Below are positions 7,823-16,072 of a DNA stretch of 32,000 bases, in pieces; position 1 is the stretch's first letter; every line of letters begins with the position of its first letter. The notes below the pieces were generated by a model. It saw only the letters and a program-made list of their open reading frames with translations, made no database searches and was not told the origin of the DNA. The stretch comes from Ruminococcus albus 7 = DSM 20455 (GTDB lineage Bacteria > Bacillota > Clostridia > Oscillospirales > Ruminococcaceae). The stretch spans positions 60,001 through 92,000 of the forward strand of contig NC_014833.1 in the NCBI RefSeq assembly GCF_000179635.2, in the 5' to 3' direction. Made by a program: the position numbers and the translations under genes.

Positions 7823-8335
7823 ATGCCAAGTGAGAAGACTTTACTTGCTAAGCAGGAAAAGGTCAAAGAGCTGACCGAGCTGATCAAGAACTCCGCAGCA
7901 GGCGTTCTGGTAAGCTACGAGGGTATCACCGTTGAGGAGGATACCAAGCTCAGAAAGGAAATGAGAGAGGCAGGCGTTAAGTACTTCGTTGAGAAGAACA
8001 CAATGCTGAGATTTGCATTCAAGAACGCCGGTCTGGACGATATCACAAACGTACTCGAGGGTACTACTGCTATCGCTATTTCCGATGATGATCAGACTGC
8101 ACCCGCAAGAATCCTCGGCAAGTTCGTTGAGGATACCAAGAACGAGAAGTTCAAGCTGAAAGCAGGTTATATCGGTAGTGAGGTATACGATGCAGCAGGT
8201 GTTACTGCTCTGTCCAAGATACCTTCCAAGGATACTCTGCTTGCTATGCTGGTCGGCTCCCTCCAGGGTCCGATGCAGAAGCTGGCTGCTACCCTTCAGG
8301 CTCTTGCCGACAAGGAAGGCGGCGACGCTGCATAA
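7823..8335 (+). CDS. rplJ: 50S ribosomal protein L10
   Basis: The product is 170 aa and L10-like throughout (AKQEKVKELTELIKNSAAGVLVSYEGITVEEDTKLRKEMREAGV). It is followed by rplL. Confidence 0.95.
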   Translation: MPSEKTLLAKQEKVKELTELIKNSAAGVLVSYEGITVEEDTKLRKEMREAGVKYFVEKNTMLRFAFKNAGLDDITNVLEGTTAIAISDDDQTAPARILGKFVEDTKNEKFKLKAGYIGSEVYDAAGVTALSKIPSKDTLLAMLVGSLQGPMQKLAATLQALADKEGGDAA

Positions 8336-8411
8336 TTTATGCAGCCTAAAGCTAAGGCGGACGGCTTAAAGCTCCGCACAACTAAAATATTTTATAAAGG
8401 AGATTTTAATC

Positions 8412-8783
8412 ATGGCTTCTGAGAAGATTATGAATTTTGTAGAAGAGATCAAGACTATGTCTGTTCTTGAGCTGAAAGAGCTCGTTGACGCTATCCAGGA
8501 GGAATTCGGTGTAACTGCAGTTGTAGCAGCAGCAGGCCCCGCAGCAGGCGGTGCAGCAGCTGAGGCTGAGAAGACTGAGTTCGACGTTGTACTCGCTTCC
8601 TTCGGCGACAACAAGATGGCAGTAATCAAGGCTGTTAAGGAGATCACAGGTCTGGGCCTGAAGGAGGCTAAGGCTCTGGTTGAGGAAGCTCCTAAGGCTG
8701 TTAAGGAGGCTGCTCCTAAGGCTGAGGCTGAGGATATCAAGGCTAAGCTGGAAGCTGCTGGCGCAACTGTAGAGCTGAAGTAA
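8412..8783 (+). CDS. rplL: 50S ribosomal protein L7/L12
   Basis: It has the N-terminal dimerisation region, an Ala/Gly hinge ([15 protein letters not shown]) and the C-terminal domain ([24 protein letters not shown]...[11 protein letters not shown]). Confidence 0.95.
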   Translation: MASEKIMNFVEEIKTMSVLELKELVDAIQEEFGVTAVVAAAGPAAGGAAAEAEKTEFDVVLASFGDNKMAVIKAVKEITGLGLKEAKALVEEAPKAVKEAAPKAEAEDIKAKLEAAGATVELK

Positions 8784-8801
8784 TTTCATCTTTTTGCTTA
8801 C

Positions 8802-8833
8802 AAGACCCTCGTGTAAATCACGGGGGTCTTTTT
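8802..8833 (+). terminator. Rho-independent terminator of rplJL
   Basis: AAGACCCTCGTG (8802-8813), a TAAAT loop, and CACGGGGGTCTT (8819-8830) form 12 bp. A T-run follows. Confidence 0.8.
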
Positions 8834-8884
8834 GTGGTTATAGTATAGCGCATCACTTTATGCGACTGTATAACATGGTAAATA

Positions 8885-8918
8885 AAAAAGGATCGCCGAT
8901 AAATCGACGATCCTTTTT
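8885..8918. terminator. Bidirectional hairpin terminator (3' end of the surface-protein gene)
   Basis: AAAAAGGATCG (8885-8895) pairs with CGATCCTTTTT (8908-8918). A/T runs flank the stem on both sides. Confidence 0.7.
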
Positions 8919-8935
8919 ACTATATAAGGACTGTA

Positions 8936-9691
8936 TTAGTTCTTCTTCTTGGAAACTACTGCAACAGCGCCTGCGAGAGCAAGACCTGCCAGAGCAAGAC
9001 CTGCGGTAGCACCTGTTGCCTGGTTTGTGTTGTCAGAAGCAGCAGCTGCGGAAGATGCAGTTGTAGTTGTGTTGTTGTTTACTGCAGCCTTGGAAGAAGC
9101 AGTTTCAGCAGCCTTGCTGGAAGACTCAGCAGCCTTGGACTCAGAAGAATTGCTGGAAGACTCATCAGCCTTGGACTCAGGCTGGCTCTCGGGAGCAGCT
9201 GCCTTCTCTTCACCGGTGATCTCGATGCCTGTTATGGAAGCATCCTTGCCCCACCAGAGCTGGCAAACTACCTGTGCAAAGTACTTCTCATCAGTAGGAG
9301 CACCCCAGTACTCTTCGCCCTTAGCGCCGAAATCAAATGTCAGTGTGTAAGCGCCGTCAGAACCCTCAGCAGTGATAGCCTTCTCTGCGCCTTCATTGCC
9401 CCAGGACCAATCAGTGTCATTCTGATCCCAGCCGCTCTTATTGCTGTTGAGCATCAGACCGCCGCCGAATCCGTCAGAATCATCAATGCTGAAAGAGATC
9501 TTAACTGCGGATACAGTAGCAGGATCATAAGGGCTTGCAGCCAGATCAACGTAGAGCTGATTGCCCTCCTTGACCTCAATATAGTCAAGACCTGTGTCGT
9601 TAGTGAAAGTGGTGTCTGCGAATGCAGGTATAGCCATTGTTGCTGCGATAGCCAGTGCAGACATTCCTGCAAAGATCTTAGAAATCTTCAT
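8936..9691 (-). CDS. Secreted cell-surface protein with a Ser/Ala-rich stalk and a C-terminal hydrophobic anchor or sorting-like tail
   Basis: The signal peptide is MKISKIFAGMSALAIAATMAIPAFA/DTT. A globular domain of about 140 aa is followed by a low-complexity linker (ESKADESSSNSSESKAAESSSKAAETASSKAA...). The tail NQATGATAGLALAGLALAGAVAVVSKKKN has the layout motif, TM helix, basic cluster. A GGAGG RBS is present. Confidence 0.75.
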   Translation of the reverse strand: MKISKIFAGMSALAIAATMAIPAFADTTFTNDTGLDYIEVKEGNQLYVDLAASPYDPATVSAVKISFSIDDSDGFGGGLMLNSNKSGWDQNDTDWSWGNEGAEKAITAEGSDGAYTLTFDFGAKGEEYWGAPTDEKYFAQVVCQLWWGKDASITGIEITGEEKAAAPESQPESKADESSSNSSESKAAESSSKAAETASSKAAVNNNTTTTASSAAAASDNTNQATGATAGLALAGLALAGAVAVVSKKKN

Positions 9692-9786
9692 ATAGATTTA
9701 CCTCCAATATTATTTTAAAATTTCGCTATATGCGGTATATCGCACATCTATGTACATATTTTAGTACAATGTCAAATAATTAACTA

Positions 9787-9840
9787 ACCAATTATTGCGG
9801 TATAAAGCCTATTTTTGACCAATTATTGCGAATTATTACG
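9787..9840. repeat. Three copies of an AATTATTGCG-like motif upstream of the surface-protein gene
   Basis: ACCAATTATTGCG occurs at 9787-9799 and 9818-9830. AATTATTACG follows at 9831-9840. Confidence 0.6.
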
Positions 9841-9903
9841 AAATGTTATAAATTCGACTTAATTATAATTAAAATTAAGCTGATAAACTCAAAAAAATTA
9901 AGA

Positions 9904-9969
9904 AAGACCGCACAGTATCCTTTGATTTTTCGGTGTGTCAAAGAATACTTATCTCCGGTGCGGTCTTTT
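9904..9969. terminator. Long compound hairpin, the terminator of the xylanase gene (bidirectional)
   Basis: AAAGACCGCAC (9904-9914) pairs with GTGCGGTCTTT (9959-9969). An inner stem is formed by AGTATCCTTTGA and TCAAAGAATACT. T-runs are present on both strands. Confidence 0.7.
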
Positions 9970-9986
9970 TAGATCAACAGAATATA

Positions 9987-12029
9987 TCAGGAAAGCTTGG
10001 AGTATATTTTTCCGCCCATGAGCTCCTTGCCGTTAGCTGCAAAGAGTTCTGATACGGTAACTACCTGCCAGCCTTCGTCTTTCAGCCATGGTACTATTTC
10101 CTCCATAGCTTCTGCGGTCGCTGCATAATTCTCGTGGCAGAGAACTATAGCGCCGTTGAGTGAGCCGTTATCCTTTGCTTTTTTAATAGTATCAACTATT
10201 TTGTCAGAGGTAGCTTTGTTCCAGTCCTTGGTATCTACAGAACAGGATATAAGTGCTACATCATTGAGGGTCCTGGTTGTATCTCCGCCGCCGTCAAGAT
10301 ATGGCAGTCGCATCAATGCAGAAGGTTCTTCACCGATTATACCTTTGAGCTTTTCGCGGCATTTTTCGTATTCATCACGGATCTCTGCGGGCTTCAGCTT
10401 GGAGAGGTATGGATGTGTCATGGTATGGTTAGCTGTTTCCATGCCTTTCTCGTGAGCGTACTTAACCTGCTCCTCGGTCTTTATCTGACTTCCTATATAG
10501 AAGAAGGTAGCGTGGAAGCCGTTATCTGCCATAGTATCAATGATACGGTATGCAGGGTCACCTTTCTTGGCGGCGCTGGCACCGTCATCAAAGGCGATAG
10601 CGACCATAGGTTTATCCTTATCTATCCAGGATATATCCGCTGTATTGCTGACCGCTACGGGATCGCTGAATGTGTATTCAGCCTCCTCCTTTTTATCATC
10701 AGCTGTTTTTGCAGGCTCGCTGCCGTCACCTGTTGCAGATGCATTGTCAATATAGAAATCTGTAAGGCTGTCGGGTGATTCAACATACAGTACAAGCTTG
10801 GTAGCATCATCGGGGATAGTATAATCACCCTCAAGAGTGATCCATTCACCGTCGGGAGCGGTCTGCTGAGCAATCTGGTCATAGTGATCGCCGTCAGCGG
10901 CTGTATACTGCATAGTGAATTTCAGGGTAGCTTCCTTGCCGCTTTTCTGCATAGCATCGGTCTTGAATGAATAGGTACTGCCCTGCTTGAAGGTACCGCT
11001 GTCCAGCTCTATTGAAGCACCGTTCCAGTTATCCGTTCTGCCGCTTACGAACAGTGAGCCGCTTCCCTCGGAAGCCTCATCGGTGTTCTGTGCAACGGCG
11101 GCAGAGCCTCTGCTTGTCCAGCCGCACTCGTCCGATTCAAAATCAGCCGTGAAAAGACCTGCACCATTAGTGCTCTGTGGTTCGGGTTCTTTTTCATCGC
11201 TGCTCTTTTTGACTTCGGGTGCGGGGTCTGCGGAGTAATTTCCGTCCACGGTCAGTTCATTTTCGTATATTGTAGCCTGTCCGTTAGACTGATATCCTTC
11301 GATATTCAGTGCGACTTCGTACATATTACCGAGAGTGAGCCCTACCTGCTCCCATGCATCAAAGTGCTTGGATATGGATATGGTACCTTCGATCTTAGTG
11401 CCGTCGCCTGTGGGCTTATCCTGTCTTACGCTCCAGTACTGGTCAAATGTCTTGGTGCCGTCGATTGAGGGCTGTTCGTATCTTGTGGTCTTGTAGATAT
11501 CGTACGTGCCGCCGTCAACGGTGACTGTGCCCAGGGATTCAGCAGCTCCGGGCGGCCTCCAGGAACCCCATGATTCTACGATGTAAAACTCTACCAGCGG
11601 ATCTATTGTCCAGCCGTAAACGCACATATACGAATTTCCGTCGGGCTGATAGTCAACACCGTATTTTACAGAGATGTTACCAAGTTCCTTGTAGGTCTTC
11701 GTGCAGTCGAATTTCTTTCCTCTGCGGAACAGTGCATTGTTGATGTTGGACCACTTACATGAGAACGTACCGCCCTCGTTAATGGTCATTTCGGTGTCGC
11801 CCTTGTCTTTCCAGAGTTCGTAGTCGTAGCCATCGGAAGTGCCGCGGGCATTTTTGGTAAATACCTGTCCGTTCTTTGAGTCTTTGTTACTGTCAGCCTT
11901 AGCGCTGTCAGCGGACTTTTTGGATGAACTGTCCTTATCCGAAGAATTTCCGCAGCTGCCAAGCACACCTGCAAGACATATCACAGCAGCAACTCCCGCC
12001 ATGACTCTCATCTTGAAATTATTCCTCAT
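9987..12029 (-). CDS. Multidomain endo-1,4-beta-xylanase / acetyl-xylan esterase: lipoprotein signal, GH11, CBM_4_9 (CBM22-like), CE4 (NodB)
   Basis: GH11 signatures are present ([35 protein letters not shown]). A CBM22-type block follows ([14 protein letters not shown]...[18 protein letters not shown]). A CE4 deacetylase block closes the protein ([10 protein letters not shown]...[10 protein letters not shown]...[11 protein letters not shown]). The N-terminus has the lipobox LGSCG. The start is ambiguous between 12029 and 12011; the track start at 12056 is a GTG extension. Confidence 0.9.
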   Translation of the reverse strand: MRNNFKMRVMAGVAAVICLAGVLGSCGNSSDKDSSSKKSADSAKADSNKDSKNGQVFTKNARGTSDGYDYELWKDKGDTEMTINEGGTFSCKWSNINNALFRRGKKFDCTKTYKELGNISVKYGVDYQPDGNSYMCVYGWTIDPLVEFYIVESWGSWRPPGAAESLGTVTVDGGTYDIYKTTRYEQPSIDGTKTFDQYWSVRQDKPTGDGTKIEGTISISKHFDAWEQVGLTLGNMYEVALNIEGYQSNGQATIYENELTVDGNYSADPAPEVKKSSDEKEPEPQSTNGAGLFTADFESDECGWTSRGSAAVAQNTDEASEGSGSLFVSGRTDNWNGASIELDSGTFKQGSTYSFKTDAMQKSGKEATLKFTMQYTAADGDHYDQIAQQTAPDGEWITLEGDYTIPDDATKLVLYVESPDSLTDFYIDNASATGDGSEPAKTADDKKEEAEYTFSDPVAVSNTADISWIDKDKPMVAIAFDDGASAAKKGDPAYRIIDTMADNGFHATFFYIGSQIKTEEQVKYAHEKGMETANHTMTHPYLSKLKPAEIRDEYEKCREKLKGIIGEEPSALMRLPYLDGGGDTTRTLNDVALISCSVDTKDWNKATSDKIVDTIKKAKDNGSLNGAIVLCHENYAATAEAMEEIVPWLKDEGWQVVTVSELFAANGKELMGGKIYSKLS

Positions 12030-12502
12030 TCGGTTTATGACCTCTCTTTCCCGCACAGTTTTCAGCTGCTGTCTTTATTATAATAGTATTATCCTATGCA
12101 TGATAAATGGTTAGCTGTTAAGAGTGATACTATAAATATACCGTGTATAATACCGCAGTCTGAGTGTGCGAATTTTATCATTCTATATTTTAGCACTTTT
12201 TATATTATTTTTCAAGTCAAAAATTGTTATTTGCTGTTAAATCAGAGATATTTTTTGTATCATTTGTTTATGCGAAGATTAATGACAATTAATATTATCG
12301 TTAATGTGCATATATAATAACTTTGAGAATAATTGCCGTATATGTCTGAAATGCAGATATATCGGGAAAAATCAGAGATGACACACTTAGGCGCTCGTTT
12401 TGCACGACCATTCTGATGATTATTTAAAGACTATTTAAGAATTTCCATGATATACTGGGTCATAGAAAAAGGGACAACAGGCCGCGGAAAGGAGAAACAA
12501 CT

Positions 12503-13261
12503 ATGAACAAGATACTTGAAGTAAAGGATCTTTGCAAAAGCTATGAGGTAAACAAAAGAAAGACAAATGTGCTGAACGGACTTGACCTGACGATAAACGA
12601 GGGTGAAATGGTGGCAGTAATGGGGCCTTCGGGTTCGGGAAAATCCACACTGCTGTATACTGTGTCGGGCATGGATAAGATGACAGGCGGCTCGGTAAAG
12701 TTTTGCGGAAGGGATATGGCTAAGCTCAGTGAAGGGGAGTTGGCTGAGATGAGGCTGGACGATATGGGATTTATATTCCAGCAGATGTACATGATGAAGA
12801 ATCTTTCGGTGCTTGATAATATCATCCTGCCAGCTGTGAAGTCAAAGAGGACTAACGAATCCAGAAAGGAAACTATCCGCCGCGGACAGGACCTTATGCG
12901 CAAGCTGGGCATAATCGATACGGCGAACAACGATATCAACGAGGTATCGGGCGGTCAGCTGCAGAGAGCCTGTATATGCCGCAGTATGATAAATTCACCT
13001 AAGATGATATTTGCCGATGAGCCTACAGGCGCTCTCAACCGTACCTCATCAGAGGAGGTAATGGATGAGCTTACAAAGCTCAATGAGGAGGGTACAACAG
13101 TTATGCTTGTCACCCATGATGCAAAGGTGGCAGCCAAGTGCAGCCGAGTATTGTACATAGTTGACGGCAACATCAAGGGCGAATATGACCCCGACAAAAC
13201 TCTCCCGGTGCATGAGCGTGAGAAGTCGCTGAACTCATGGCTTATCGACATGGGCTGGTGA
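12503..13261 (+). CDS. ABC transporter ATP-binding protein (MacB/FtsE-like subfamily)
   Basis: It carries Walker A GPSGSGKST, the signature VSGGQLQRA, Walker B MIFADEPTGALN and the H-loop VTHD. A GAAAGGAG RBS is present. Confidence 0.9.
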   Translation: MNKILEVKDLCKSYEVNKRKTNVLNGLDLTINEGEMVAVMGPSGSGKSTLLYTVSGMDKMTGGSVKFCGRDMAKLSEGELAEMRLDDMGFIFQQMYMMKNLSVLDNIILPAVKSKRTNESRKETIRRGQDLMRKLGIIDTANNDINEVSGGQLQRACICRSMINSPKMIFADEPTGALNRTSSEEVMDELTKLNEEGTTVMLVTHDAKVAAKCSRVLYIVDGNIKGEYDPDKTLPVHEREKSLNSWLIDMGW

Positions 13262-13371
13262 CGGCATAGAAAAGAGATACCGGATGCTTTGAATGTTCGG
13301 TCTTAATAAGTGGATACAACAATGCCCCGGAGCACTTTGAAAATGCTTCGGGGCAAAACTTATTTGTGGTG

Positions 13372-13395
13372 TCTGTCCGAAACGGCAGATTTTTG
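13372..13395 (+). terminator. Candidate terminator downstream of the ABC ATPase gene
   Basis: TCTGTCCG (13372-13379), an AAA loop, and CGGCAGA (13383-13389) are followed by TTTTTG. A second hairpin, GCCCCGGAGCA/TGCTTCGGGGC at 13324-13354, precedes it and has no T-run. Confidence 0.5.
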
Positions 13396-13504
13396 TGTGC
13401 AGTATCAGGCTCGAGGATGAGGCTTTTGCTTTGTGCAATATTACTTTCATTTGTTGAATAATGGTCAGTGTTTTGGTAAAAGTGGAGAATCACTACATAA
13501 CCTA

Positions 13505-13534
13505 TTGACATACTAGGGATTATTGTGATATACT
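13505..13534 (+). promoter_or_regulatory. Promoter of cysK with an extended -10
   Basis: TTGACA (13505-13510), an 18-nt spacer, and TGaTATACT (13526-13534). Confidence 0.6.
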
Positions 13535-13596
13535 GTGAACACAGAAGCGGTAAAATCCGTATTTCGTATCACAAAAAAACGAAAGGATGATAGATA

Positions 13597-14526
13597 ATGG
13601 CAAATATCTACAAAAACATTGGTGAACTTATCGGCAAAACACCCCTGCTGGAAGCAGCAAGATTTTCCGAGGCTGTAGGCGCAGAGGGAAAGATACTCGC
13701 TAAGCTGGAATATTTCAATCCTGCAGGAAGCGTAAAGGACAGAGTGGCGCTGAATCTTATCGAGGATGCTGAGAAGAACGGCGTACTGAAGGCAGGTTCT
13801 ACCATAATCGAGCCTACATCAGGCAACACAGGCATCGGTCTGGCAGCTGTGGGCGTTTCAAAGGGCTATAAGGTAATACTCACCATGCCCGAGACCATGA
13901 GTATCGAAAGAAGGAACCTGCTGAAAGCATACGGTGCTGAGATAGTTCTCACTGAGGGCGCTAAGGGCATGACAGGTGCTATCAAGAAGGCTGACGAACT
14001 CAATGCAGAGATCGAGAACTCTGTTATACTGGGACAGTTCGTTAACCCTGCAAACCCTGCTGTTCATCTGGCAACTACAGGTCCTGAGATCTGGGATGAT
14101 ACAGACGGCAAGGTGGATATATTCATAGCAGGTATAGGTACAGGCGGTACTGTAACAGGTGTTGGTCAGTATCTCAAGTCAAAGAATCCCGATGTTAAGA
14201 TCATAGCAGTTGAACCTGCTTCTTCCCCTGTACTTTCTCAGGGCAAGTCGGGTCCTCACAAGATACAGGGTATAGGCGCAGGCTTTGTTCCCGATGTACT
14301 GGATACAAATGTATATGACGAAGTATTCGCAGTTGAGAACAGTGATGCATTTGCAACAGGCAACCGCTTTGCAAAGACCGAGGGCGTACTTGTAGGTATA
14401 TCTTCGGGTGCGGCTCTCTATGCTGCTGCTGAGATCTCCAAGCGTCCCGAGAACAAGGGCAAGACCATTGTGGCTCTGCTCCCCGATACAGGTGAGAGAT
14501 ATCTCTCTACTGCACTGTTTGACTAA
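13597..14526 (+). CDS. cysK: Cysteine synthase A (O-acetylserine sulfhydrylase)
   Basis: The PLP-lysine motif NPAGSVKDR, the TSGNTG loop and GIGTGGT are present. The length is 309 aa. Confidence 0.95.
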   Translation: MANIYKNIGELIGKTPLLEAARFSEAVGAEGKILAKLEYFNPAGSVKDRVALNLIEDAEKNGVLKAGSTIIEPTSGNTGIGLAAVGVSKGYKVILTMPETMSIERRNLLKAYGAEIVLTEGAKGMTGAIKKADELNAEIENSVILGQFVNPANPAVHLATTGPEIWDDTDGKVDIFIAGIGTGGTVTGVGQYLKSKNPDVKIIAVEPASSPVLSQGKSGPHKIQGIGAGFVPDVLDTNVYDEVFAVENSDAFATGNRFAKTEGVLVGISSGAALYAAAEISKRPENKGKTIVALLPDTGERYLSTALFD

Positions 14527-14557
14527 ATCAGGCATCAGACTTATATAATAGAAATAA

Positions 14558-14600
14558 AAAGGATAGCTGTACTTCCACAGGTACAGCTATCCTTTGTTTT
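14558..14600. terminator. Bidirectional terminator shared by cysK and the che operon
   Basis: A perfect 15-bp stem is formed by AAAGGATAGCTGTAC (14558-14572) and GTACAGCTATCCTTT (14581-14595). It is flanked by A-runs and T-runs. Confidence 0.85.
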
Positions 14601-14617
14601 TATGCATAGCAACTGCC

Positions 14618-15076
14618 TCATTCGGGCAGTGCTGCGAATTTTTCTTCATCGTCGGGGCGTATTATCAGCTCGGGTGTGATGATGAAACAGGGCTGACCTT
14701 CATGCAGGAAGGTGCCGCTGATAAATCGCGGATTGACTTCATTGTTCACATCCGGCGGAGGCTGGATATCATCGTTTTCCGTTTCCACGAATCCTGTGAT
14801 ATTATCACAGAGCAGACCCAGACTCTTTTTTGTATCACATATTATTATGCATTCGCGGTCTGTAGTGACGCGGTCAGGATAACCGAATCGTTTTCTCAGG
14901 TCTATGACAGTTACGGTCTTGCCCTCATTTACGATAGTACCGTCAACATAATCAGGCAGATCGGGGACTTTGCAGGCATTCTGTGCAGGCACAATCAGAC
15001 GAACATCTGAAAAGCCCATTGCAAATGTTCTGCCGTCAACAGTAAAGATCAGATATTTATTCTGGCTTTCCTCCAA
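14618..15076 (-). CDS. cheW: CheW-like chemotaxis coupling protein
   Basis: The 152-aa product shows the CheW fold pattern (YLIFTVDGRTFAMGFSDVRLIV...LPDYVDGTIVNEGKTVTVIDLRKRFG...GLLCDNITGFVE). It has a TTG start with GGAGGTG 6 nt upstream. Confidence 0.8.
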   Translation of the reverse strand: MEESQNKYLIFTVDGRTFAMGFSDVRLIVPAQNACKVPDLPDYVDGTIVNEGKTVTVIDLRKRFGYPDRVTTDRECIIICDTKKSLGLLCDNITGFVETENDDIQPPPDVNNEVNPRFISGTFLHEGQPCFIITPELIIRPDDEEKFAALPE

Positions 15077-15097
15077 TATTCACACCTCCCGATGGGA

Positions 15098-16072
15098 TCA
15101 TTGTATTTTTGCTATTACATGGGCTGCTATCTCGTCCAGCGGAAGACTTATATTAGCAGCACCGTTTTCCGCAGCCACCCTGGGCATACCGTATACTACC
15201 GCAGTCTTTTCGGATTCTGCTATGTTGTATGCACCGAGCTTTCGCATATCCAGCATACCCTTGGCACCGTCACAGCCCATACCTGTCAGTATGATGCCTA
15301 TGGCGTTTTCTTTTGCCGCATAGGCTGCCGATGAGAAAAGCACATCCACAGAGGGACAGTGGCCGTTGACCTTTACGCCTTCCTCGCTTGTGATAAAATA
15401 GCCCTTTCTGTCGCGGAACAGTCGCAGATGTCTGCCACCTTCAGCTATCACCACCATGCCGCGTGTGAGGTATGTTCCCGAAACTGCCTCGCTTACATCC
15501 AGCGGAAGTGAAGCGTTCAGCTGGGCGGCATAGATCTTGGTATAGCCTACGGGCATATGCAGAACGCATACTATCGGCGGGCTGTTGGAAGGCAGATCTT
15601 TAAGCAGCTCGGGTAAAGCGTTGGTGCTGCCTGTTGAACCGCCTATAACTATCACTTGATCTTCGTTTGTCTTCTGGGGACTGAGACGCATCCTTACAGC
15701 ACTGGTACAGCTTTTTATACTCTGGCTGACCCTTTGCAGGAATTTTTCATCTGCACCTGCATCTATCTGATGCTGTACTACATCTATGGCACCTGCAGTA
15801 AAAAGTGAAGAACGCGGACCTTTATTTGCGGTAACTGCGATTATCGGTATGGAGTATCTTGGACAAAGATCTGAAATGAAGGCAGCGGCATCGGATGCTT
15901 CGCCTCCGTCAATATCCAGTACTATAGCAGAGGGTTTACTCTGAGCTATCATAGCCTTGGCGTTCTTGCGCATACCGGTAGCGATGATAGTGCCTGCAGG
16001 CAGAAGTACTGCGAGCCTGGCTGAGAGCAGCTCGCATATCATTATATTATCTGAAATGATGTATATAGTCAT
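15098..16072 (-). CDS. cheB: CheB-type protein-glutamate methylesterase with an atypical N-terminal receiver-like domain
   Basis: The C-terminal domain has the catalytic-triad context GGSTGS, LHMP and LTGMGCDGAKG, plus PSVDVLF. The N-terminal 120 aa are receiver-like but lack some conserved residues (see findings). The ATG overlaps the cheR stop (ATGA). Confidence 0.85.
   Translation of the reverse strand: MTIYIISDNIMICELLSARLAVLLPAGTIIATGMRKNAKAMIAQSKPSAIVLDIDGGEASDAAAFISDLCPRYSIPIIAVTANKGPRSSLFTAGAIDVVQHQIDAGADEKFLQRVSQSIKSCTSAVRMRLSPQKTNEDQVIVIGGSTGSTNALPELLKDLPSNSPPIVCVLHMPVGYTKIYAAQLNASLPLDVSEAVSGTYLTRGMVVIAEGGRHLRLFRDRKGYFITSEEGVKVNGHCPSVDVLFSSAAYAAKENAIGIILTGMGCDGAKGMLDMRKLGAYNIAESEKTAVVYGMPRVAAENGAANISLPLDEIAAHVIAKIQ

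Noticed and set aside
8366-8789. Two minus-strand ORFs of about 125 aa opposite rplL, and a plus-strand ORF at 8949-9350 opposite the surface-protein gene.
   Set aside because: They are Ala/Ser-rich mirror images of alanine-rich genuine genes and have no start context.
12096-12317. A 73-aa ORF in the AT-rich xylanase / ABC intergenic region. The same applies to 16881-17150 upstream of cheR and 13235-13511 downstream of the ABC gene.
   Set aside because: The DNA is very AT-rich or promoter DNA, there is no RBS, and the composition is implausible. These regions contain the promoters and terminators listed as features.
13262-13596. A possible T-box or other riboswitch leader upstream of cysK.
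   Set aside because: I could not find a T-box core (GGTGGTACCGCG-like) or a specifier/antiterminator arrangement. The hairpins fit terminators of the ABC gene, followed by an ordinary promoter and a short UTR.
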